Source: Patescibacteria group bacterium
GTDB lineage: Bacteria > Patescibacteriota > Minisyncoccia > UBA6257 > HR35
Assembly: GCA_023480925.1 (NCBI GenBank)
Contig: JAMCWY010000015.1
Location: forward strand, 1-32,000
Reading direction: 5' to 3'
DNA length: 32,000 nucleotides
In this document: positions 17,976-26,391 of the stretch, piece after piece
How positions within the stretch are numbered: position 1 is the first letter of the stretch
How the letters are laid out: every line of letters begins with the position of its first letter
Translations under genes and position numbers: made by a program
The notes under the pieces: generated by a model
The model's input: only the letters and a program-made list of their open reading frames with translations
What the model was told of the DNA's origin: nothing
Databases searched by the model: none

Positions 17976-19461
17976 CGTTTTGAAAACGGTACTGAATCGC
18001 TTCGGCGACAGCCGCTGGCACAATTGTTTCGGTTTGATCGAGGTCGGCGATGGTTCGGCTAATTTTTAAAATTTTATGAATGCCGCGAAGGGAGAGACGA
18101 AACCGATCCGCCGCGGTTTCGAGTAAAGTTTGGCTGGCCGATTCGAGGAGACAAAATTCTTTTAGCTCCTTGGGTTTGAGCTCGGCATTGGCCTTGCCCT
18201 GACGCTCTTCTTGCTTTAAACGCAGATCATTAATAAGCGTTTTAGTTTTAGCCACGTTAATCTTGTTTTCTTTAAAGATCTCGGCGCTTTTTTGGCGCGG
18301 GATGTTTAAAAAAATATCCATTCGATCAAGAAGCGGCCCGGAGATTTTTTTGCGGTAGCGTCTGATCTCGACGGCGGAACAGACGCATTCTTTTTCCGGA
18401 TCGTCGTAAAAACCGCAGGGGCAGGGGTTGTAAGCGCCGATAAAGATGAACCGAGCCGGAAATTTCAAGGTTTGTTTCGATCGACTGACCGTGATCTCGT
18501 TCGTTTCAAGCGGCTCGCGCAGGCCTTCAAGAACATCGCGGTGAAACTCCGGCAGCTCGTCAAAAAAAAGAACGCCATGGTGAGCCAAGCTGATTTCGCC
18601 CGGTTTGGGCGTTTGGCCGCCGCCTAAAATAGCGATGGCCGAGGCGGAGTGGTGAGGGTTGCGGAACGGCGGCCTGGTTTTAAATTGGTCAAACTGGCCG
18701 ATCGCGCTTTGGACGCTGGAAACTTCGATCGCCTCGGCGTAAGTCAGACCGGGCAAGAGCGAGACGATGTTTTGGGCGATTAAGGTTTTACCCGTGCCGG
18801 GCGGGCCGTAAAGGAGGAGGTTGTGTTTGCCGCCGGCGGCGATAATCAAAGCGCGAAGAATGTGTTCGGGAATTTTGAGAAAAGAAAAATCGGTCTCGTC
18901 CGGTTCAGACTTAAACTCTTCGGCTTGAAGTGGTTCTTCGATCTGGCGGTCTTCAAGGTGGGCGATCAAGTCTTGGAGATTGTTGAATAAAAATATAGGC
19001 TGGTTTTTTAAATATTTTACCTCTTCATAATTTTCTTGAGGTAGGTGAATTTCATCAAAGTTTTCTTTGGTTGAGCTTAGAATGATCGGCAGGGCGCCTT
19101 TGACTTTTCTCAAACGGCCGTTTAAACCAAGCTCGGCTAAGAATAAAATCTTTTTTTTTGGTTTGATCAATTGGCCCGAGGCGATCAAAAAACTGACGGC
19201 GATGGCTAAGTCCAAAATCGGTCCCTCTTTTTTTAAATCGGCCGGGGCGAGGTTAACGATCGTCTTTTTATTAAACTTGAGCGGCGGCTTGGCTTTGATT
19301 GAGCGAATGGCCAAGGCGATTCTTTCTTTCGACTCGTTGATGCTTTGGTCGGGCAGGCCAACGATCGAAAAAGAAGACAAGCCGTTAAGGACGTCGGCTT
19401 CAACCTCGATCAGCCGGCCTTGAAGACCAACTAACGTGGCGGAATAAACTTTGGCATACAT
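17962..19461 (-). CDS. comM: Mg-chelatase-like AAA+ protein ComM/YifB
   Basis: It has the N-terminus MYAKVYSATLVGLQGRLIEVEADV, Walker A GPPGTGKT, Walker B LFFDELPEF and the C-terminal SLRGIHKILKISRTIADL. Confidence 0.9.
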   Translation of the reverse strand: MYAKVYSATLVGLQGRLIEVEADVLNGLSSFSIVGLPDQSINESKERIALAIRSIKAKPPLKFNKKTIVNLAPADLKKEGPILDLAIAVSFLIASGQLIKPKKKILFLAELGLNGRLRKVKGALPIILSSTKENFDEIHLPQENYEEVKYLKNQPIFLFNNLQDLIAHLEDRQIEEPLQAEEFKSEPDETDFSFLKIPEHILRALIIAAGGKHNLLLYGPPGTGKTLIAQNIVSLLPGLTYAEAIEVSSVQSAIGQFDQFKTRPPFRNPHHSASAIAILGGGQTPKPGEISLAHHGVLFFDELPEFHRDVLEGLREPLETNEITVSRSKQTLKFPARFIFIGAYNPCPCGFYDDPEKECVCSAVEIRRYRKKISGPLLDRMDIFLNIPRQKSAEIFKENKINVAKTKTLINDLRLKQEERQGKANAELKPKELKEFCLLESASQTLLETAADRFRLSLRGIHKILKISRTIADLDQTETIVPAAVAEAIQYRFQNDDQT

Positions 19462-19467
19462 TAGTTT

Positions 19468-19497
19468 ATTTTAATCTAATTTCACTCGCCCCGCCAA
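19468..19497 (-). promoter_or_regulatory. Candidate promoter with leaderless geometry for comM
   Basis: On the minus strand: TTGGCG (19497-19492), 18-nt spacer, TAAAAT (19473-19468), then exactly 6 nt to the A of the ATG at 19461. Confidence 0.4.
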
Positions 19498-19623
19498 AAA
19501 ATAATCAATATTTAAATCGGATAAAAACAACAAACAAAATAATCTGAAATTATCTATCTTGACCACCGTCTTTTTTTGGCCTCGGTTCGAGCGAGTTTGA
19601 ATCAACTGATTAAGTTTATCTAA

Positions 19624-21327
19624 TCAGTTTGAACAAGGCGGCAGGAGTTTTTTCAGATCGGTTGATTGGCGAACGGTTACGCCCGTTTCCCGGCTTAAGA
19701 TTTTTAAACCGTTTTGATAATTAGCGCCGCGTTTCAAAATAATGGCGCTGCTGTTAATCGCGTCAATGCCATAATTTTTACTTTTGAGCGCAGCTAAAAC
19801 CAAACACTGGTAATCGTTTTTCAAAAGAGGGAAGGTTGGACCGATCTGGACTAAGGCGATATACTCAATCGTAGAACGAGCGAAAGTTTGATCAAGTTCT
19901 TTCGCGGAAATCGGCGAGTAACCAAAACCTAATTGCTGTCTCAAAACTTGAACACTGTTGCCATAAGCGGTTTGGTAAAAAGGATTAGGAAAAAGATAAA
20001 TCTTGCGGCGATGAGTAAGGTGAGGAACAAGGGCGGCTTGAGCGGAAACCGAGGCGTTGGCCGGAATGATTTTTAATAATTTATTTATTTGCTTTGATTG
20101 ATAAGAACTTAATGGTTGGACCAGAGGCCAGTTTGACCCGGAAAGATAAAAAGGACTTTGGCTTAAACCAAAGATCAAAGCGGTCAGAAACAAAATACTC
20201 AGTAAGAAAGTGAAAGCGCCGCCGCAATCTTTATCGCCTCGATCTCGGATTCGTTGAAAACCAACGACGGCGGCGATAAAAATAAACGGGATGAGGAACG
20301 CCGCGTACTGATAATAAATCGTATGCATAAAAATTCGTCGGCTGAGCAAATTCAAAAGTAACATGGGCAGAGTCAAGACAAAAATTTCAGGAGCGAAAAG
20401 CGGCAGAAAAAGAAGCGGTCCGAAAAGATCAAAGAAGTAAAACCAGTTTTGTTTATTATTGAGATAGTTTAGAATTTTTAATGGTTGGGTCAAGATTATT
20501 TTAAATATCGCTAAGGGCGTTTGGCCAAATTGAGAGTAAAGCCAGAAGTAAGGCGATGGTTGGCCGTGGTGAAAGAGTTGAAGAATTAAGAGAGCGGCGG
20601 TCAAAGCGAGGCAACCAAAAAATAAGGTTAGCCAACCAATCCGGCGATCAGTTTTAAAAGCGTAAAGGCCAAGGAGGATAATTGTTAACGCCGCGGTTTC
20701 TTTTGTCGCGGCAATCAAGAATAAACAAACTAGATAGAAAACAAAACGTTGATCGTTAAAAGAGAAACGAGGTTTGAGGCTAAGGAGGTAAAGGGCGGTT
20801 AATAGAAGAGGAACGACAAAAATTTCCGGGTGGAAGTCGAAAGTATTTATCCACTCCAAGGCGGGGTAAAGAAGATAAGCCAGGGCGAAAAGTAAAGCCA
20901 AGGGCGCCGAGCCGGTTTTCTTTTTCGAGAAGAGATAAAGGGGCAGGCTAGCCAAAGCCAAAGCCAAAGTTTGGACGATCAAAAGTATTTTGACATTGCT
21001 CCAAATCCAATAAAGCGGCGCGAGTAGGTAAAGGCTGAGGCTAAGGTGATCAGCTAGAATATTCATACCCCGAACCGTGTCAAAAGCCGGCTGAAATTTA
21101 CTTATCAACCAAACGGCTTGATCAAAAATGCCCAAGTCAAAGGCAGTCAAGGCAAAACGCGCGTAAAGATAAAAGGCTTGGCGGATAAAAAGGAAAACAT
21201 AAATCGCGATCGACAACAATAAAAATAAAAAACAGACTTGTTCAAGTTTGTTTGCCGATAATTTATTTTTCCAATCAATTCTAAAACGCGGTTTCATTAA
21301 AATTTCGAAGTCATCCAAATCGTCCAA
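19624..21327 (-). CDS. Polytopic membrane protein, DUF2079-like (putative GT-C-type glycosyltransferase)
   Basis: It has more than 10 predicted TM helices. The motifs FDLGIFDQAVW, ADHLSLSLYLLAPLY and FDFHPE recall the DUF2079 family, from memory. The TTG start at 21327 sits 2 nt after the GT2 stop; an alternative ATG lies 10 codons in. Confidence 0.65.
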   Translation of the reverse strand: MDDLDDFEILMKPRFRIDWKNKLSANKLEQVCFLFLLLSIAIYVFLFIRQAFYLYARFALTAFDLGIFDQAVWLISKFQPAFDTVRGMNILADHLSLSLYLLAPLYWIWSNVKILLIVQTLALALASLPLYLFSKKKTGSAPLALLFALAYLLYPALEWINTFDFHPEIFVVPLLLTALYLLSLKPRFSFNDQRFVFYLVCLFLIAATKETAALTIILLGLYAFKTDRRIGWLTLFFGCLALTAALLILQLFHHGQPSPYFWLYSQFGQTPLAIFKIILTQPLKILNYLNNKQNWFYFFDLFGPLLFLPLFAPEIFVLTLPMLLLNLLSRRIFMHTIYYQYAAFLIPFIFIAAVVGFQRIRDRGDKDCGGAFTFLLSILFLTALIFGLSQSPFYLSGSNWPLVQPLSSYQSKQINKLLKIIPANASVSAQAALVPHLTHRRKIYLFPNPFYQTAYGNSVQVLRQQLGFGYSPISAKELDQTFARSTIEYIALVQIGPTFPLLKNDYQCLVLAALKSKNYGIDAINSSAIILKRGANYQNGLKILSRETGVTVRQSTDLKKLLPPCSN

Positions 21328-21329
21328 AT

Positions 21330-22040
21330 TCAGAACGTCTTAATTGATTTTAAGTGCCAAGGCAAAAAAAGCGATTCCTTGACAATTGCCGAGGTTAATT
21401 TCGATTGGCCATTTTTTCGACCAACAAAAGTGATTGGCGTTTCGACAAAACCAAAACCGGCTTGATTGACTCGGTAAGCAAATTCAACCAGAAAACCGTA
21501 ACCATTGGAAAAAAAATTTTCAAGTTGGATTTGTCGAAGCAATTTTCGGGAAAAACAACGAAAGCCGCTGGTTAAATCGTTCACCGGCAGTCGAAGCGTT
21601 ATTTTATAGTAATAGTTCGCGCTCCGGCTTAAAAATAATCTCTTTTTGTTATAATTATTGATTCGACTGCCATAGACGTAACGTGAACCAATGACGAATT
21701 TTTTTGTTAAGATCGCTTGATCGATCAGACGAAGTAAGTCGGCTGGTCGATGAGAAAGGTCCGCATCCATTTGACAAATCAAATCATAGTTTTGATTTAG
21801 AACTTTTTTAAAGCCGGCCAGATAAGCCGGGCCGAATCCTTGTTTTAGGGGTCGGTGGAGAACTTGAACAAATTCTGACTGCTGACTGAGTCCGTCCGCG
21901 ATCCGGCCCGTTCCATCAGGAGAGTTGTCGTCAATAATTAAAATATCAAGGTTGGTCCGAGTCGGTTTCAACAACTGGCCAACCAACTCTTTAATGTTCG
22001 AAGCTTCGTTATAGGTCGGAATAATAACGATGTTTTTCAT
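21330..22040 (-). CDS. GT2 polyprenol-phosphate glycosyltransferase (Ppm1/DPM1-like)
   Basis: It has IIPTYNEASNI, IIDDNSPDGT, KQGFGPAYLAGF and MDADLSHRP, the classic DPM1/Ppm1 motif order. Confidence 0.85.
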   Translation of the reverse strand: MKNIVIIPTYNEASNIKELVGQLLKPTRTNLDILIIDDNSPDGTGRIADGLSQQSEFVQVLHRPLKQGFGPAYLAGFKKVLNQNYDLICQMDADLSHRPADLLRLIDQAILTKKFVIGSRYVYGSRINNYNKKRLFLSRSANYYYKITLRLPVNDLTSGFRCFSRKLLRQIQLENFFSNGYGFLVEFAYRVNQAGFGFVETPITFVGRKNGQSKLTSAIVKESLFLPWHLKSIKTF

Positions 22041-22093
22041 TGTTCGGTTCAGCCGGAAATTTTTTTATTATAACCTATTGTAGGTGATTCGGG

Positions 22094-22120
22094 TTGAAAA
22101 TTTTAAAAATGGTTTATAAT
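22094..22120 (+). promoter_or_regulatory. Candidate rnpB promoter
   Basis: TTGAAA (22094-22099), 15-nt spacer, TATAAT (22115-22120). The predicted TSS at 22127-22128 coincides with the 5' end of the P1 helix. Confidence 0.5.
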
Positions 22121-22127
22121 TAAACTT

Positions 22128-22560
22128 AAGATAAAGAAGTGGTTGCTCGATCTTTGGTCGAGAGGAAAGTCCGGACACCCAGCCGGCCGTTCGAGCTTGT
22201 TCGATCGTCGGCAAAAGTTCTTTCGAAAGAAAGTGGGGCGTGAGTTTCAGCTAAGGCCACAGAGACGATACGACCTTCGGGCAAATGTGAAAAGTGAACG
22301 GATGTCCAAAAATTCGTTTTGGGGCTGCCGTTCTTTTCGATCAAGCGATTGATCGAAATGGCCTTTTCAACTTGGGCGCAAGGCCGCGCCCAACGCTTTC
22401 TCTTCGGAATTTTGTCAAAGGATTTTTTGGTTAATGTTCGCCATTCCGCTTTTAAATTTGGCTTCCGGAAAGAAAGCGTTGGGAGTGCCGCTTGACCCTG
22501 AAAGCAATTTCGGGGCTTAGATAAATAACCGCTAAAACAGAATCCGGCTTATCTTTGTCT
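22128..22560 (+). ncRNA. rnpB: RNase P RNA, bacterial type A-like
   Basis: It has GAGGAAAGTCCGGAC near the 5' end, CCACAGAGA, GTGAAAAGTG and ACAGAATCCGGCTTATC near the 3' end. P1 pairs aagataaaga (22128-22137) with tctttgtctt (22551-22560). Confidence 0.9.
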
Positions 22561-22592
22561 TATTTGGTTTTACAACTGAATCGGACTTTTTG

Positions 22593-22622
22593 TTGATAGT
22601 TATGATCAAAATATTGTATAAT
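22593..22622 (+). promoter_or_regulatory. Candidate promoter of the rpsL-rpsG-fusA operon
   Basis: TTGATA (22593-22598), 18-nt spacer, TATAAT (22617-22622) directly preceded by TG. Confidence 0.45.
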
Positions 22623-22705
22623 AAAGATTAGATTAAGAATTTGGTTTTTAGTAAAAGAAAAATTAAGAAAAAACCAGGAGTTTTGGATTTTTATTTGATT
22701 TAAAA

Positions 22706-23125
22706 ATGCCAACGATTAACCAGTTAGTTAAAAATAAACGAAGAGCGAATAAAAAGAAATCCCGTTCAGTCGCCCTGCTTTCAATTTATAACACCAATAA
22801 AAGAAAGGATAAGTTTATAGCGTCGCCTTTTAAACGCGGCGTTTGCGTTCGCGTTTACACGATGACGCCGAAAAAACCGAACTCGGCCCTGAGGAAAGTG
22901 GCCAAGGTTAGATTGAGCAACAACAAGGAGGTAACGGCCTACATCCCCGGCGTCGGCCATAATCTTCAAGAACACTCGATTGTTTTGGTTCGCGGCGGCC
23001 GGGTCAAGGATTTGCCCGGCGTTCGTTATCATGTTGTTCGAGGCGTTTATGACACCGGCGGTGTTGAAACGAGAAAACAGGGCCGATCGTTGTATGGCGC
23101 GAAAAAACAAAAAGCAAAAGCGTAA
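22706..23125 (+). CDS. rpsL: 30S ribosomal protein S12 (with an insertion of about 13 aa near the N-terminus)
   Basis: It has [25 protein letters not shown] and [16 protein letters not shown]. Confidence 0.97.
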   Translation: MPTINQLVKNKRRANKKKSRSVALLSIYNTNKRKDKFIASPFKRGVCVRVYTMTPKKPNSALRKVAKVRLSNNKEVTAYIPGVGHNLQEHSIVLVRGGRVKDLPGVRYHVVRGVYDTGGVETRKQGRSLYGAKKQKAKA

Positions 23126-23164
23126 TTTATAATTAAATCCGAAAATTAAAATTAAAAAATAAAA

Positions 23165-23653
23165 ATGCGTCGTCCAGTTAAACAAAAGAAAAATTGGTTG
23201 CCCGATCCGATTTACAACAGTATCGCAGTGACGAGATTTATCAACAATCTGATGTTAGAGGGCGAGAAGACCAAGGCTCAGAAAGTTTTTTATCAAGCTT
23301 TGGACGAGATTAAAAAGAAAACCAACCAAGACGGCTTTAAGGTTTTTCAAGAGGCGATTAAAAATGTCGGTCCGGCTATGGAAGTTTTGCCTCGGCGAAT
23401 CGGCGGCGCCACCTACATGGTGCCGAGAATCGTTCGAAATGAAAGGAGATTTTCTCGGGCGGTCAAGTGGTTGATTAGTTCGGCCCGAGCGAAAAAAGGC
23501 AGGCAGACCTACTTGAATTTGACCGATGAGCTAATCGCGGCGAGCAAGAACGAAGGCGCGGCGATCAAGAAGAAAGAAGATGTTCAAAAATTAGCTGAAT
23601 TAAATCGAGCCTTCGCCCATTTTTCTTGGTGGGGCAAACGGAAGACGAATTAG
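23165..23653 (+). CDS. rpsG: 30S ribosomal protein S7
   Basis: It has PDPIYNS, the MLEGEKTKAQ region, VGPAMEV.PRR.GGATY.VP and AHFSW at the C-terminus. Confidence 0.95.
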   Translation: MRRPVKQKKNWLPDPIYNSIAVTRFINNLMLEGEKTKAQKVFYQALDEIKKKTNQDGFKVFQEAIKNVGPAMEVLPRRIGGATYMVPRIVRNERRFSRAVKWLISSARAKKGRQTYLNLTDELIAASKNEGAAIKKKEDVQKLAELNRAFAHFSWWGKRKTN

Positions 23654-23679
23654 GCGAACTTAATTTGATCGTGGTCTTG

Positions 23680-23703
23680 TTTGAATTTTTAAAAATTCAA
23701 ACT
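23680..23703. repeat. Perfect 24-bp AT-rich palindrome in the rpsG-fusA spacer
   Basis: GTTTGAATTTTTAAAAATTCAAAC is its own reverse complement. Confidence 0.9.
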
Positions 23704-23803
23704 TAGATTAAATTTAACTTCGATTAAACATTAAAGTCGGTTTTTAATTTTATCAATCAATTAATTTAGACAAACTAAGTCATTCAAGCTAGTCAGGCTA
23801 AAA

Positions 23804-25951
23804 ATGGAGAGAATCTATCCAATCGAGAAAACCCGTAACATTGGCATCATCGCTCATATTGACGCAGGTAAGACAACGACAACCGAGCGGGTCTTGTACT
23901 ACACCGGCGTCTCGTATAAAATCGGCGAAGTTCATGAAGGTACGACCGTGACTGATTGGATGCCGCAAGAGCGAGAACGAGGCATTACCATCACCTCGGC
24001 CGCGACGACTTGTTTTTGGAGTCCGAGCTACATCAAAACCGTCGCGACGCGCGAGGAACGGCAACAGGGCGAGTATAAAATCAATATTATCGACACGCCT
24101 GGCCATGTTGATTTTACCGCCGAAGTCGAGAGATCTTTGCGAGTTCTCGACGGCGCCGTTGTCGTTTTTGACGGCGTTCAAGGCGTTGAGGCGCAATCGG
24201 AAACAGTTTGGCACCAAGCGGACAAGTATAATGTGCCGAGAATTTGTTTTATCAACAAGCTTGACCGGATGGGCGCGAGTTTTGAAGATTCGTTAAAATC
24301 AATCCAGGAAAAATTGACGCCGAACGCGGTCGCGATTACCCGGCCGATCGGTTTGGAGGAAAACTTTAAAGCGATTATCGATCTAATTAGAATGAAAGCG
24401 GTTTATTTCGACGGCAACTTGGGCGAGACGATTCGGCTTGAAGAAATTCCCGATGATTTTAAGGCCGAGGCGGAGAAAGAACATCGCCGTCTTTTGGAAA
24501 AAATCGCCGAGACGGACGAAGAATTTTTAGAAAAACATCTAAGCGGTCAGGATCCAAATCCAAGCGAGATCAGACAAGCTTTGCGCCGGGCGACTCTAAA
24601 TTATGATCTTGTCCCGGTCTACGCCGGTTCTTCTTTACAAAATAAGGGCGTTCAATTGGTTTTGGACGGCGTCATCGATTATCTGCCTTCGCCGGCCGAC
24701 TTGCCGCCGATTAAAGGTTTTGATCCAAAAACAATGGTCGAGATTGAGCGGCGTCAAGTTGACGAAGAGCCGTTCGCCGGTTTGATTTTTAAAATTATGG
24801 TTGATCCGTTTATTGGTTCGCTTTCGTACTTGCGAGTTTATTCCGGCGTTTTGCGCCGAGGCGATTCGGTTCTTGATGTTAACACCAACAAGACTGTTCG
24901 AGCCGGCCGGATCGTTCGAATGCACGCCAATCACCGGGAAGAAGTTGAAGAATTTTTCGCCGGCGACATCGGCGCGATCATCGGCTTAAAAGAAGTTCAG
25001 ACCGGCGAGACGTTGGCTGATGCCCAAAAACCGATTATTCTGGAAAAGATTGAATTTAAGGAGCCGGTTATATGGCAAAGGATCGAACCGAAGACGAAAT
25101 CTGATCAGGAAAAAATGGGCCTGGGACTTAAATCGTTAATGGATGAAGATCCAAGCTTCCGGATTCGGGTTGACCAAGAAACCGGCGATACTTTGATCGG
25201 CGGTATGGGCGAACTTCATTTGGAAATTAAGGTTGATATTTTAAAGCGGAGTTTTAAGATTGAAGCCAACGTGGGCAAACCTCAGGTCGCTTACCGCGAA
25301 GCAATCACGAAAGTTGTCGACGAAGCCGAAGGTAAGTATATTCGTCAAAGCGGCGGTCGGGGCCAATACGGTCACGTCGTTATGAAGCTTGAACCGCTTG
25401 AACGCGACGCTGGTTTTGAATTTGTCAACGCGATCAAGGGCGGTGTTATTCCCGAGTCGTACATTCCGGCGGTTGAAAAGGGCGTGCGTGAGGCGATGGA
25501 TAAGGGTGTTTTGGCCGGCTATCCGATCAGAGACATTAAGGTGACTTTGCGCGATGGTTCTTACCACGAAGTTGACTCATCGGAGATGGCTTTTAAAATT
25601 GCCGGTTCGATCGGTTTTCAGGAAGGAGTAAAAATGGCTAAGCCGGTATTGCTCGAACCGATTATGCAAATCGAAGTTAATGTCCCGGCTGAATTTATCG
25701 GCGATGTCACCGGCGATTTGGCTTCGCGTCGAGCTCGAATCGAAGAAGTCTCCGATCGGAGCAACTTGAAGGTGATTAAAGCGAAGGTGCCGTTGGCTGA
25801 AGTTTTTGGTTATGTCACGGTTTTGCGTTCTTTGACACAGGGCCGAGGTTATGCTACAATGGAATTTTCCGTTTATCAAGAAGTCCCTCAAAATTTGACT
25901 CAATTAATCATCAACAATAAACAATTAACTCAAGGCGGAAAAATAAAGTAA
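23804..25951 (+). CDS. fusA: Translation elongation factor G
   Basis: It has the G1 motif [13 protein letters not shown]3 DTPGHVDF and G4 NKLD, with full five-domain length (715 aa). Confidence 0.97.
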   Translation: MERIYPIEKTRNIGIIAHIDAGKTTTTERVLYYTGVSYKIGEVHEGTTVTDWMPQERERGITITSAATTCFWSPSYIKTVATREERQQGEYKINIIDTPGHVDFTAEVERSLRVLDGAVVVFDGVQGVEAQSETVWHQADKYNVPRICFINKLDRMGASFEDSLKSIQEKLTPNAVAITRPIGLEENFKAIIDLIRMKAVYFDGNLGETIRLEEIPDDFKAEAEKEHRRLLEKIAETDEEFLEKHLSGQDPNPSEIRQALRRATLNYDLVPVYAGSSLQNKGVQLVLDGVIDYLPSPADLPPIKGFDPKTMVEIERRQVDEEPFAGLIFKIMVDPFIGSLSYLRVYSGVLRRGDSVLDVNTNKTVRAGRIVRMHANHREEVEEFFAGDIGAIIGLKEVQTGETLADAQKPIILEKIEFKEPVIWQRIEPKTKSDQEKMGLGLKSLMDEDPSFRIRVDQETGDTLIGGMGELHLEIKVDILKRSFKIEANVGKPQVAYREAITKVVDEAEGKYIRQSGGRGQYGHVVMKLEPLERDAGFEFVNAIKGGVIPESYIPAVEKGVREAMDKGVLAGYPIRDIKVTLRDGSYHEVDSSEMAFKIAGSIGFQEGVKMAKPVLLEPIMQIEVNVPAEFIGDVTGDLASRRARIEEVSDRSNLKVIKAKVPLAEVFGYVTVLRSLTQGRGYATMEFSVYQEVPQNLTQLIINNKQLTQGGKIK

Positions 25952-25962
25952 AGGGTCAGTTA

Positions 25963-26373
25963 TTGGTCGAGATTCTTGTTTCAGTCGTTGTTTTGGTTAT
26001 TATTATTCTCGTGGCCATGGCCAGTTTGTTTCTAATGCCGGAGGTTTTGTCTTATGGCGCCAACGTCGAAAACGTTCAGTCGCTTTTAACTTCTTATCAA
26101 AGTATCGCCGAGGCGGAAGGAAATAATTTTAGCGATCTTAATAGTTTGGCCACTAACACCAATTATTATTTTTTTGCCAGCGGCACGAGTTGGCGGTTCG
26201 CCACGGGCCAGGAGCAGGTTTCTTTGAATAATTCAAATTATACTCGTTGGTTTAGTCTTGGTAGTTTAAGTTTTACTCCGGCTCGACCTAATAATGTTAA
26301 ACAGTTAAATCTTTATGTCAATGACGGCAATCAAACTTACGAGAGCGATTTAATTATTACCAAATGGCGATAA
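25963..26373 (+). CDS. Pilin-like protein (type IV pilin/pseudopilin-class hydrophobic N-terminus); start codon uncertain
   Basis: The N-terminus (L)VEILVSVVVLVIIILVAMASLF follows the pilin xxxxE-hydrophobic helix pattern. TTG 25963 is preceded by AAGGG 7 nt upstream. An in-frame upstream [11 protein letters not shown] resembles a prepilin leader (see findings). Confidence 0.55.
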   Translation: MVEILVSVVVLVIIILVAMASLFLMPEVLSYGANVENVQSLLTSYQSIAEAEGNNFSDLNSLATNTNYYFFASGTSWRFATGQEQVSLNNSNYTRWFSLGSLSFTPARPNNVKQLNLYVNDGNQTYESDLIITKWR

Positions 26374-26391
26374 AAAAATAAATTAAGGCCG

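Noticed and set aside
22126-22352. Two ORFs on the track (72 aa on the minus strand, 69 aa on the plus strand).
   Set aside because: Both lie entirely inside the RNase P RNA gene, which carries GAGGAAAGTCCGG and other universally conserved rnpB blocks. They are translation artefacts of a structured RNA.
22683-22703. A six-codon upstream ORF (TTG-GAT-TTT-TAT-TTG-ATT-TAA) ending 2 nt before the rpsL ATG.
   Set aside because: The AGGAG lies only 2 nt from this TTG, which is too close to serve as its SD. Such mini-ORFs arise easily in AT-rich DNA.
22781-25903. Antisense or out-of-frame ORFs within rpsL and fusA: 22781-23185, 23798-24217, 24105-24296, 24603-24989, 25241-25567 and 25577-25903.
   Set aside because: They overlap highly conserved ribosomal and EF-G coding sequence on the other strand or in another frame, and none shows recognisable motifs.
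25900-25965. A possible -1 frameshift fusing EF-G to the pilin-like ORF, because the pilin frame is open across the fusA stop.
   Set aside because: There is no slippery heptamer or downstream structure, and an EF-G-pilin fusion makes no biological sense. A separate start is far more likely.
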